From: Azolla caroliniana
Taxonomy: Eukaryota > Plantae > Polypodiophyta
Direction of reading: 5' to 3'
NCBI GenBank assembly: GCA_043228905.1
Contig: JBHGNT010000016.1
Span: 11,904,001 to 11,968,000 of the forward strand
Length of the DNA stretch: 64,000 bases
Shown: positions 10,854 to 21,526 of the stretch, piece by piece
Layout of the letters: every line of letters starts with the position of its first letter
Numbering within the stretch: the first letter of the stretch is position 1
Position numbers and translations under genes: made by a program
Notes under the pieces: generated by a model
Told to the model about the DNA's origin: nothing
Database searches by the model: none
The model's input: only the letters and a program-made list of their open reading frames with translations

Positions 10854-13800
10854 TTACATAGCAATCAATTCATCAACGTCATTTTCTTCATCATCTTGTG
10901 TAGAACTGTCTTCGGCTATACGTGCATTGGTTTCCCCTGTTAGCCGAGCCAACGAAATATCTTCTATAAGCTCATCATCAAGCTCTATTAGCTCCCCCGG
11001 TTCGCCGGCTAATGGAGGAATAGGCTCTCGCGAAGCAGGTTGAAACCTTTCTGTATTGGCGAGGTTCTTTGCACCGACCTCCTCATCCTGGTCTGGGCAC
11101 TCCCACAAAGCCTTAATCCGCATATTAATAAATATAACTTGGTCCTCGTCCTTCTCCAATGCAACTGTATTTCTAAACAGCTTCAATGCACATGCTGACG
11201 TAGTTCCTATGATGTAAGTGACAAGAAGATTTAGTTGTCAAACGAAAAAAAGTGATTGGTTATCTCAAGATCGTTACCCTAGTTCGAGGAATACCTGTGC
11301 CAGAAAAGAGATCTAATATCCAGTCTCCTTCAACAGAAAACATCTCGATCAAGCGCATCATAAGTCGTTGAGGTTTTTGGTATGGGTTGACAAGTCCCCG
11401 TTCTGTCGTGGTGACATGTCGCAATTTCCGAGTCACTGCTGGATATACCAATAGATTTGAACCTCCCACTTCATTAGAATGCTCTTTGATTCTCTGTTTT
11501 TTAATTTCATCGAAGTAGCCAACCGTTATGTATTCAATGGCATTAACGAACCGAAAAGTTGGCCCTCTATTTACATTGGTCTTGATCCTATAAAAAATAA
11601 TTCATCGAGTTAAGAATAGATTCAACAACCTTAAGAATTGCAATATAATGAAAGACACCTATAAATAATCCTTACCATGCAAGGTTCTCGATGCCATGGC
11701 AACGAGATCTCAAAGCTTGAGCTACCGAGTACCCTTGGTCCATACTATGAAAAACAACTATTCACCACAAGGATGTGGTCGTTAGCTCAGCGAAATCCTT
11801 GACCATCTTCTCCAATTGTTTAAACCTAAACGGTTCATCGTCGTATGATGACCCAGCCATTCGAAATCCGTAAGGAATATCCGCAATCATTAGCGTATAT
11901 TCCTTCTTTGGCACCTTCTGGATCAAGTCGATGACATCACCGCAAACCACATTGTAGTAAAGATCTCTCGTAATATCTTTTTTGTGGCTAAATTTTTTAA
12001 ACGAGCCATCTTCCTCCATTTCGTACGCCTTGACTAAGCGACGATCCTTTTCTTTTCTGGCTCGCTCGAGATGTGCAAGGAAGGATGTAGGGAAATCGTG
12101 TATATCCTTAACTTCTCCTTGTTTCTTGCCTCGACACGGTTTCTAATAGAAGCAATAGGACATCAGGTATTATTATACAAGCTCTACATATCATGAAAGG
12201 GTAATGAAAAAACATCAATACTAACCCAATCCTTGAATGCAATAAAATACTCTGATAACGCCTTATACGAAGACGTTAGAGGATAATCCTCGGTCACTTG
12301 TTCCCAAGTTATACATCCAAGTTGTTTCATCATTACTTCTTGGATCTTCATGTACACCTTATGACTGTAAAATTAGAAATCAAGATTAGAACTTTGAATT
12401 ACACCAGATAGACTACAATTTCAGTATTTGAAAGACTTACTTATTGAACTCAGTGACCATTTCTTCAAGGCTTAAATCTTTTGCCACAACCCTTGACAAA
12501 ACCGACACAAGAAGCTGCTCGTCCTTAATACCTTGCATCGCTCTCCATAGAGACAGCTTCATGTCGTCTGCCGCTTCTTCAATTGTCAAGTCAATTTTCT
12601 TGGCGGCTTGTGACTTTAATTCTAGTTGAGGGTCAACCCTACATTTCTTTTGTCGTTGACCCTTTACCTCCTTATTCTCCCACATTGAGAATATTTGATC
12701 TTGGAGGTCCCATACTTCTCCATCTCTAAACGCCAATTGAAACCAAGATTCATACTTTCGAAGACCATCGGACCTAACATTATCATCTACCACAATGCCG
12801 ACTTCATGTAGACATTGACGTCGAAGGCCTGGATGTAACTTCACACCAAACTTTTGTTTCACATCTAAATACTCGTGGTGGAAGAACCGTATACGCTCAA
12901 TAGACGACATTTTCTGCCTATAGTCATTATCATTATTATGGTCCCATGCCAACAGCTTACCCTCTTCGGTTGTGAGCCCAACATAAATTTTGCACTCGGC
13001 ATACTTGAAGAAGAAAGTGGTTGGATGTTCTCTCACAAGTTGCCGACGTGCCTCTGCTGAATGCAATCCACCAATGACAAAATAATTATATTGATCATGC
13101 TTTCTGATATCAAAATCTTCAATGGTTTCACATTCTTCAGGATCCACCATAACAATAAAAGGCACCACTGTGGCATGAGGATTAATTTTCATTTTTTTCT
13201 TGAGATTTTGAACATGCATGCGATGAGGCTCTCTAATCTCAAGTGGTCTTCGACCTGTTTTTTCATCAATAGGGGGCCGATGGATGTGTGTTATAGGCAA
13301 ATTAAATACTTGCCCTTTCCTGACCAGCTTCCGTTGCATTAACTCTCTCCTTATTTTATTCTGCTCGGATGACAAGACACCCGAGGCCAGCTCGGCTCCT
13401 GGCGTCCCCTTATTATCCTCTTCTTCATTTTCACTTGTCGAATCCGTATCCGACATTTTCGTTGTCTTCTTCTTGGCTGGTCTTGACTGGACTTTGGATA
13501 CCTTTTTTGTGGCCTTCAAGTGGGAGGGCTCTTCATCTCTTAGAGTTACATGGCCTTGTATATAAGGCCTCAAGGTAACAATCAGGTTTTGTGAGTTATC
13601 AAGTGCTTTATTGAACACTTCAGGCCCACAAGATTCCTTTACTAAAAGGTCTTCTGAAAGGAACACTTTGCGTACCCCCTTGGAGCACTCTATCATTACC
13701 AGTATGTTGGCCGAATCTGCATCTTCGTAGTCAAATCGTAGAATTCGGCCATACATAAATGGAGTTTCTTTTCCTAGCTGCCCCTCACCCTTCTTCTTTG

Positions 13801-14663
13801 TTGTATACAATACGACTTTTTTCTTTGAGTCGACATATTGCATACACCATTCCTTGTCCGTTAGATCTCGGTTAGGAAGGTCTTCGCCTCCAGTAGCGGC
13901 GACAAGTTTCATTTGGCTTACATCACTATGTGGCTGAGATTTTGTCTCTTCGTTAAAGAGAAGCTTTTTTCCTCTCTTCATGGTCACAGGAGTTACCTTG
14001 GTCTGGGCTTCGATTGGAGAACCTTGTATGCGAAGCTTAATTTTCTTCACGGGTCGGTCTGACAGGTTCTCAAACGACCTATTTAAGAAAGTATATGCAA
14101 AAACATAAGTTAGACAGTCACGTAGATTGAAGTTGTATATTATAATAAAGAACAGTTTCCAGGAGCAGTAACATATTCAAAAATCTATTATAGGCAGGGA
14201 TATTCAACCTAGAAAATATATATCGTAATAAGTAAAACGGGTTATATATTCTTTTAAATAGTAGGTATGACTTATATAGATTCTAAACCTATATTGAGGA
14301 GAATTTGCCATAGTGAAGGCAATTTGTAGATCATTTTCTACTATTTTAAGCTAAAGTAGGTCATAAAACACCTATAATTAGAGCATGTATTTGTTTAAAA
14401 GTAAGTAAACTCAACATTAAAAAGACTGATTTTGCCAGACAATTTGATATCATTTCCACCCCATAAACGATTTTTCTCTCTCAAAGCCTTCTTATATACA
14501 GGGACTCGATACGGCGTATCGAGTTCGTGTATAAATATTTGTATTGTATACATGAACTCGATACGCCGTATCGAGTTCTTGAGAAACGAAACATATTTAT
14601 AAAAATGTCCACAGTGTCAGAGGCCTACCTGGAGTCCTCGCGCTCGATTCTCTTGGAAGACAT
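10854..14663 (-). pseudogene. 6-exon ParB/Srx-like + beta-class N6A/N4C DNA methyltransferase fusion (~974 aa) with one in-frame TGA, copy 1
   Basis: Manually spliced exons 14663-14629, 14078-12441, 12364-12226, 12142-11676, 11587-11295, 11206-10854 (2925 nt; all GT-AG, phases consistent). Motifs: YFVIGGLHSAEARRQL (ParB-like); VVCGDVIDLI...IADIPYG (motif IV); WIK...EYITVG; NPYQKPQRLM...GDWILDLFSGTGTTSACALKLFRNTVALEKD (SAM-binding motif I). TGA at 11762-11764. Confidence 0.85.
14502..14578. repeat. Palindromic repeat array, 2 units (copy 1), in intron 1 of the MTase gene
   Basis: GAACTCGATACG(G/C)CGTATCGAGTTC-type units at 14502 and 14554. Confidence 0.92.
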
Positions 14664-14806
14664 GGTTGATCGTGTTGAAGTGGAGGCGGAGATCGCGCTT
14701 TCGTGCTTTGTGTTCTGAGTGCTTTGTGTGCTCTGTGTGCTCTCTGCGTTCTGTGTGCTCTGTACGCTCTGTACGCTCTGGTGAGTGAAATATGATGAGG
14801 TCTTCC

Positions 14807-14814
14807 TATTTATA
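14807..14814 (-). promoter_or_regulatory. Putative TATA box of the ParB-MTase gene
   Basis: CCCTATAAATAGG on the minus strand ~145 nt upstream of ATG 14663. The intergenic region also has several CCAAT motifs (~15037, 15112, 15159, 15204). Confidence 0.5.
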
Positions 14815-15485
14815 GGGATTGAACCCATGGTTAAAGTAACCATAGTCACCTTAACCAATATTGGTAACTTTGAGGATAGTTAGTTTGTAACCATAGTCAC
14901 ATTAACTATAGTAACTTATGATTGTATTAATGATTACAAAGTCAAACTAACATATTGATCAATCTTTTATACTCATAACAACCTACAATCACTTCAAAGG
15001 TTATGAAGGAGACAATGATAGAGGTTCATGAATGTACCAATGATTGATTACTAAAAGCAACATTTTTTTTGACTCTCAAATGTTATGTATTAAAGATGTG
15101 GGCATGAATTAACCAATGATTGATAAGTCTAATATTTAAAATGGTGAGCATTAAAGAACCAATGAGTGAGACGTTCTATATCAAAATGGGTGTCATTAAT
15201 TAGCCAATGATTTTAACATTAATCCAACATATTCAAGGCTTGTTAATGATTAGTTTTATATTTTACTTGATTTAACATCATTTAAATCTAGTTTATATAA
15301 TGATTGATAATTTAAGTTAAATTACTTTATTAAAAATAATTTTTAGATGTATTGTATTAATAGAATATTACATAATATAGACATTCTATTGATTTGGCTT
15401 TTGTTTAGAGAGAAGTTTATGTTTAGGGAGGAGTATATGGTTAGAGAGGAGTATAACTTAGAGAGCCCTATCTAGACCTTAAGCC

Positions 15486-18266
15486 ATGAGTGAAGATTCA
15501 CCGTTCTCGATTGAAGAATATTGTTTGTCATCAGACCCATCGTTTTCTACTGAAGAGTATTGTTTGTCAACAGAGTCACCATATTCGATTGAAGAATATT
15601 GTCTTTCGACCGACTCACCATATTCTATCGAAGAATATTGTCTGAGCTCATCTACAGGGAATGTAAATAATGACACATGTGAAGAGTTCTCTATTGAAGA
15701 ATACGATATTAATAAAGATACTGAGAATGAAGGAAGTGCCCAGGAAACATTGAATAACATTGGCGATGGTCAGAACAGAGAATTAGACTGTAACAAGGTT
15801 ACACCGACCTCTATGCAGGAAGAGAAATCTGGGAGCCCTATGCATATTAGAAGAATCCCACGAAGAATTCGTCTGGCTAGATTTAGCTTGGTGACATCAG
15901 ATAAACAGATTGGATTTGATGTCAACAAAATATGTTGTGCCCGTGGTTGTATGTCTATGATTGGAAAATCAAAGTTGCGAGAATTAAGGCGATACTATTT
16001 TTCGATGACCGGTGATGAGCAAGACACTTACCTCGGATCACATATGCAACTAGTATCTGACAAATGTACGGGGATCAAAGTATCATTCGAGTATTATATC
16101 TTCCATGCGCAACAGATATGTAGAGTTGCATTCAAAATTGTGTTATGTGTTAGTAACATGCGGCTACATAGAGTACAACAACGTCTACTTAGCGGGGATC
16201 AGATGCTCAATTGTAAAGAGGTTCCAAGTATGAAAGGTGCAATTGGAAGACTAGCTATTGGCTGGATGAAAACTTACTTTCAGTTAAATTGGGAAGTAAT
16301 GCCCACTACAGGTAGGATGCATCTTTCTGATAATTATACCCGTCGGGAAGTTTATGATGTCTATCGATCTGAAATGCTGGGCTCACGTAATAAGTCTATC
16401 ACCTATAGCCAATTCACAAGATTATGGAGAGCTCGGTTTTCAAATGTTATTATTCCTCGTAAAGTACGTATGGGTTATTGCTCCATTTGTGCAAATCTTA
16501 AAAGTTTGGCTAAAGGTGCAAAGACATCAATGGAAAAGGATACGAGTAAGAAGTTACTACAAGAGCATCGTGAGGCACAATCCTTAGAACGAAGGAAGGC
16601 GATGCATCATAGAGAGAAGTGTTTGAAGAGGCCTGAACAATACATGTGCTTAATGATAGATGGCATGGACCAGAAGAAGACATGCTTGCCGCATATGCGG
16701 AGGCTCCCCAAAGATGTCAATGATGAGTGCCTTGTTCAAATGCACTTGGTGGGATGCTTGGCTTATAATAGGTCTGTTCGACCTCACGTCTTCATTACTT
16801 ACCCCAATGTTCACAATGACCCTAACCTAATAGTTATAGTGATTCACCGAGTTTTGATGTCTTGGGGACAACCTTTCCCCCCTGTTCTATACATTCAATT
16901 GGACAATACTGCTAGAGAGAACAAAAATTCAACTGTATTTGGCTATCTAAGTATGTTGGTCAACCTAGAATTGTTTAGGAAAGTGAAAGTCAATTTCCTT
17001 TTGGTTGGCCACACACATGACCATATAGATCAGATGTTTAGCACATTCTCCAGACAGTTGTCTCGGCATGATGCTTTCACTTTACCTAAACTATTTGATG
17101 TCATTTGTGATGCATATACACCACGCCCAAAAGTGTTACACTTGAAGGAGGTATATGACTTTAAGAGATATATATTAGATGGGGGTGGTGGGAATGTTAA
17201 AGTGCTTGCTCAGTTAAACAATATAAGTTTCAATCACATTTTTTTGATAAAGAAAAATGGAATAAGTGGTTCTACACTTTTGTATGCTAAACAATATTCA
17301 TCTTCTACAACATGGGAACCTGAAGGTGGTTGCCAGTTATTACTTTGTATGCCGAGTACAATTGTCCATGGAGCTAAGCAAATGCCAATTGAGAAGAAAG
17401 GACAGTTGCAGAGCGACTTGGTATTAGAACAAAAACGGTCATGGCTCCAAGCCTTAGAAGAAAAAAGAAAGCATATTGAGGCCGCCAAGAAATATGCCGC
17501 ACAACAAGACACGTCATGGTGGGATGTGTTTTATAGTGATCAGAAAGAAATTATAGACAATTGTGTATCTGTTGATAATTGGAATTTGGAAACGCCATTC
17601 ACATGGTCGCTGCAACATGATCGCGTAAATAGAAGTCCGGAGCGACTAGTAAATGCGATTAATGACAGCTTGGTCCATCCACAACAAAGAGACATTTATG
17701 TGGGACCAAGGATGACCAAAGCAGCCGAAGCTAGATGGCAAGGAAATTTGCAAGAGCTCACTGCGGGGATGTTGATTGCAACGCCGGCTGATGAGAACTC
17801 ACATGGCCACCAATTTTGGGTTGGTAAAATTCTAGAAGTGCTAATGCATGAAATAGAAAACACGATCAAGTCTATAAATGTTCATTGGTACAACACTAGA
17901 AGTGCAAATGCTTTTACAGGTAAGTATACATTGGAGATGATTGAATGCCAAACAAGAAGGGGAGGTAGGAAGAGGAAGCGAAACATTCGTAACACCTCGA
18001 CCCTTGATATCTCTGATGTGGATATCATCGTGTACGACTTCACACTTACAAAAGCCGGACGATTAAGGAAGTCAACAATAGATATAATAAAAGAAAAATT
18101 ACCAGGTCTACAAGGTGGCTCGAGTCAAAGGCAAACGAGATCTGCTACATATAATCTAGAGTCAAACCATTTGGTTTATGACGAAGATAATGCACTGATT
18201 GGTACATCCGAGGATGATGAGGAGGAATCGTCATTGTATATTAGTTATAGTAGTGATTCTCCGTAA
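15486..18266 (+). CDS. DDD-type DNA transposase, Sola1-like (926 aa), copy 1
   Basis: Uninterrupted ORF inside TIRs; CSIC motif, then IDGMDQ, QLDNTARENKN and FLLVGHTHDHIDQMF core typical of Sola1/DUF7869-like proteins; the 4-bp TSD fits Sola. Family call is from motif recall. Confidence 0.8.
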   Translation: MSEDSPFSIEEYCLSSDPSFSTEEYCLSTESPYSIEEYCLSTDSPYSIEEYCLSSSTGNVNNDTCEEFSIEEYDINKDTENEGSAQETLNNIGDGQNRELDCNKVTPTSMQEEKSGSPMHIRRIPRRIRLARFSLVTSDKQIGFDVNKICCARGCMSMIGKSKLRELRRYYFSMTGDEQDTYLGSHMQLVSDKCTGIKVSFEYYIFHAQQICRVAFKIVLCVSNMRLHRVQQRLLSGDQMLNCKEVPSMKGAIGRLAIGWMKTYFQLNWEVMPTTGRMHLSDNYTRREVYDVYRSEMLGSRNKSITYSQFTRLWRARFSNVIIPRKVRMGYCSICANLKSLAKGAKTSMEKDTSKKLLQEHREAQSLERRKAMHHREKCLKRPEQYMCLMIDGMDQKKTCLPHMRRLPKDVNDECLVQMHLVGCLAYNRSVRPHVFITYPNVHNDPNLIVIVIHRVLMSWGQPFPPVLYIQLDNTARENKNSTVFGYLSMLVNLELFRKVKVNFLLVGHTHDHIDQMFSTFSRQLSRHDAFTLPKLFDVICDAYTPRPKVLHLKEVYDFKRYILDGGGGNVKVLAQLNNISFNHIFLIKKNGISGSTLLYAKQYSSSTTWEPEGGCQLLLCMPSTIVHGAKQMPIEKKGQLQSDLVLEQKRSWLQALEEKRKHIEAAKKYAAQQDTSWWDVFYSDQKEIIDNCVSVDNWNLETPFTWSLQHDRVNRSPERLVNAINDSLVHPQQRDIYVGPRMTKAAEARWQGNLQELTAGMLIATPADENSHGHQFWVGKILEVLMHEIENTIKSINVHWYNTRSANAFTGKYTLEMIECQTRRGGRKRKRNIRNTSTLDISDVDIIVYDFTLTKAGRLRKSTIDIIKEKLPGLQGGSSQRQTRSATYNLESNHLVYDEDNALIGTSEDDEEESSLYISYSSDSP

Positions 18267-18588
18267 AGGAGTGATCATGAATGTATATTTGGCTATTAAG
18301 TGTAACTACATTCCGCTTGTAACAAATCGAGTAATATAAAATCATGTGTTTTGAATTCTTATGATTTCCCAAAAATCGTTTCTTATAAAATAACATTGGT
18401 TGTAAAGTTTGTGATATAAATTGAGAATGTATCTTTTTGAAATTCGTCTTTTTTTAGTTACTTCTAAATCACGAAAATAGTGGATTTTTAACCTTTTTCA
18501 TAGTATGTTTGAACTTGTATGATACTGGTATCAATGTGTTTTGTAAAATCATTGAAAAACCCCTAAAATTTCCCTTATCCTTCCATTT

Positions 18589-18624
18589 ATGCGTGATCCT
18601 TCCACTTGTGAACACGAACGTGTT
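18589..18624 (-). repeat. Right TIR, copy 1
   Basis: ATGCGTGATCCTTCCACTTGTGAACACGAACGTGTT followed by TSD TTGA. Confidence 0.92.
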
Positions 18625-20520
18625 TTGAGCCATACGGCTTCACACGCAGCTACGGCTGCGCCCTTGTATTATGCCTCCGTACTCGAAAGAGCGACGGTAG
18701 GCTGCTTCTTGCTACTCTAGGATATTGCTCTACTGCCGAGGGAGAAAACAAATCTAGAGGTTGATCTTCTATCAGCTTTGTAGCCGGCCCAATCGGCGTC
18801 TGTGTACCCCTCGAGTCGTATTGGCATCGCGGTCTTGTAGAGGATGCCGCAATCCATTGTGCCACTGATGTAGCGTAGAACTCGCTTAGCGCAATCCGAG
18901 TGAGTATCACGTGGTGTTTGCATGAATTGGCTGAGGAGACCAACCGGATAATTGAGATCGGGTCGTGTGATCGTGACGTAGATGAGACTCCCGATGAGTT
19001 GCCGATATTGAGTCGGCTCACACGCTTTGGTGCCGGAGTTCGCATCTAGTTTGAGATTATGATCGAGCGGGGTTGCCACGGATTTGCACTCAGCCATCCC
19101 GAACTTGTATAACAAGATGAGGATGTAGTGTCGTTGAGAGATCATGATTCCAGCCGGAGTTTGAATTACCTCAATGCCGAGGAAGTAGTGGAGCTCCTTC
19201 ATGTCTGTCATCTCGAACTTGTCGGAAAGGAGGGATTTGACTTTATTGATTTCGACGAGATGCTCACCTCCAATGACTAGGTCATCCACATATAAAATGA
19301 TGACGATCGGACTTGCGGAATCGCTTCGTATGTAGAGGGAGTTGTCTGATTTTGACATACGGAAGCCGATTTGATGAAGATACGCGGTGCTTGCTTGAGG
19401 CCGTAGAGTGACTTCTTGAGTCGGCAAACAACTTTCGGATGGGTGCTCGAGTTGAAGCTGGGTGGTTGGATCATGTACACCTCCTCTTCTAATTCGCCTT
19501 GTAGAAAGGCGTTCTTGACATCCATTTGATGGAGGTGCCACCCTTTTGCTGCGGCAATCGCAATTATGGTCCGCACCGTCGTCATCTTTGCCACTGGGGC
19601 AAAGGTCTCTTTGTAGTGGACACCATGCGTCTGAGCGTATCCTTTCACTACGAGTCGAGCTTTGTAGCGGTTTACGGAGCCATCGGCGTTATACTTCACC
19701 TTGTAGATCCATCTGCATCCGATCGCCTTTTTGTGTGGTGAGGTGGGAACGAGATTCCACGTCTCGTTCTTTCGTAGTGCCTGCATCTCCTCGTTCATTG
19801 CTTCGATCCATCGCGGCTCCCTCGCGGTGTCCGAAAAAGTTTCCGGCTCCCATACTGTCGCTACCTTCATCATAAAGGCATAATGGTACGCTATATAATC
19901 GTTGTAGCCGAATCGGCTTACGAGGTTCTTTTCATGAGTGGATCAGCAGAGCTTTTCATTTGCACAGATGAGGGCTTTCTTAGCTCCGATTGGTACCTCG
20001 AAACCGCCGAACTCACTCATCGTCGTTGAAGTGATCATCTTCGTATTCCGACATTTTCGCCTTGCCTTTGTCCATCTTCGGGCTAGGCCGTGATGTGCTT
20101 TGATCGCTCAAAGGCTCTTGTGGTCCCCTGAATCGAGTCGTGATCGGACTTTCTTCGAATATGCGCATAAGGCGTTCTTCATCCTCGATCTCTTGTTCGG
20201 CGAATTCTGGGTCCATCGGAGTCGGAGTTGGAGTTGTCTCTGGTGCGTACCAGGATGCGGACTCGTCAAAAACGACGTTTCGACTTACTCGAGATTTTCG
20301 AGTTAAGGGGTTGTAGCACTTGTACCCCTTTTGCTCCAATGAGTATCCTACGACGATACATTTCTCCAACTTCGGGTCAAGCTTTTGACGCTTCTCGTCG
20401 GGGATGTGCACGTACGCTATCGTGCTGAATATCCGGATGTGCGATAAGTCCGGCTTCTTTCCGAAGTATTTTTCGTGCGGAGTGACCTCGTGCACGCCGG
20501 ATGTTGTGCACCGGTTCATT

Positions 20521-20745
20521 AGGGTTTAGGGGGAGAGAGAGAGAGAGAGAGAGACAACGTATAAATTATATTTCAATAGCAACAGTTACAAAAATAACAA
20601 CCAACCTTTACTAAAGGTTACAAAGTCACTTTATATGGTGACTATCCTAGGGCAACTGCCCTTTATGCTATTTACATAAATGACCCAAACTTAGGCTGTC
20701 CAAAGGGACAATGTGAATACAGCCATTATACACTCGTATTCGACA
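20521..20745 (-). repeat. Partial LTR of another family
   Basis: Ends ...TATTCGACA (TGTCGAATA on minus) and contains a (GA)n tract. Repeated at 34750-34974. Confidence 0.45.
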
Positions 20746-20769
20746 AACTTAACTCTGACAAAGGTAGGG

Positions 20770-21426
20770 GATTCCTCGCCAAACATGGAGTTCGGTTAAC
20801 ACTGACAACGACATACAATCCGGAAGCCAACGAGAAGATCGAACGAGGACACAGTCTGATCGTCAAAGCACTTACGAAGGCATGCAATGGAAGGGTGAAG
20901 GATTGGCCGGAGATGCTTCCGTATGCACTTTGGGCGGATCGGATGACGCATAGCGCCGTAATCGGTTACATGCTGGCAAAACTCATGACCCAACAAGCAC
21001 CGGTAATGCCAACGGAAACCGCGATCACGACATGGACATTGCTACCGTGGAAGGAAGAGATGAGCCGGGAAGAACTACTAGCGGTCTGGATACGACAACT
21101 AGAGGGAAGACCGGAAGACATAGCGGAAGCAATACGCCGACAACAAGAAGCGGGATTCCAAAATAAAAGCCAGTTCAACACAAAGCACCGACTACGACCG
21201 CGGAACATTGAAGAAGGATATTGGGTGATTGTCTACGACAGTAGTTTGGATCATCAACATACAACGATGTGGAAGTTCACGAAAAGGTGGTTCGGGCCAT
21301 ACAAGGTTTGGAAAGTTTTCGACAACGGAACTTACCGACTATGCAAGTTGGATGGAACGATGCTACGAGTGCCTATAGCCGGCAAACAGGTTAAGATTTT
21401 CAAAAAGCGAACTGATGAAGAACCCT
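20770..21426 (+). pseudogene. Gypsy integrase C-terminal fragment (runs into the gap)
   Basis: YNPEAN, DWPEMLPYALWADR, WFGPYKV; same family as 1702-2169. Confidence 0.85.
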
Positions 21427-21526
21427 NNNNNNNNNNNNNNNNNNNNNNNNNNNNNNNNNNNNNNNNNNNNNNNNNNNNNNNNNNNNNNNNNNNNNNNNNN
21501 NNNNNNNNNNNNNNNNNNNNNNNNNN
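21427..21526. other. 100-N scaffold gap
   Basis: Run of N. Confidence 1.

Larger units (their letters stand above)
9807..18624. mobile_element. TIR DNA transposon (Sola1-like) carrying a transposase and a ParB-methyltransferase cargo gene, copy 1 (8818 bp)
   Basis: TIRs 9807-9842 and 18589-18624 (33/36 match, AACACGTTCGYGTTCACAAGTGGAAGGAT...); TSD TTGA at 9803-9806 and 18625-18628. Confidence 0.92.
9268..20520 (-). mobile_element. Copia internal region (INT C-term, RT, RNase H) split by the DNA transposon
   Basis: INT tail 20013-20519; RT ([20 protein letters not shown]) 18717-19873; RNase H (YCDNMS, TKHIEVHYHF) 9508-9806. The frame EAVWL|KRILKNL is restored when 9807-18628 is removed. Confidence 0.92.

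Noticed and set aside
12437-14050. Standalone 537-aa gene
   Set aside because: The GTG start is internal and the stop lies in a GTAAGT donor; this is exon 2 of the larger gene.
10854-14663. Bacterial contamination as the source of the MTase
   Set aside because: The gene has five GT-AG introns and is nested with a TSD inside a plant-type Copia element.
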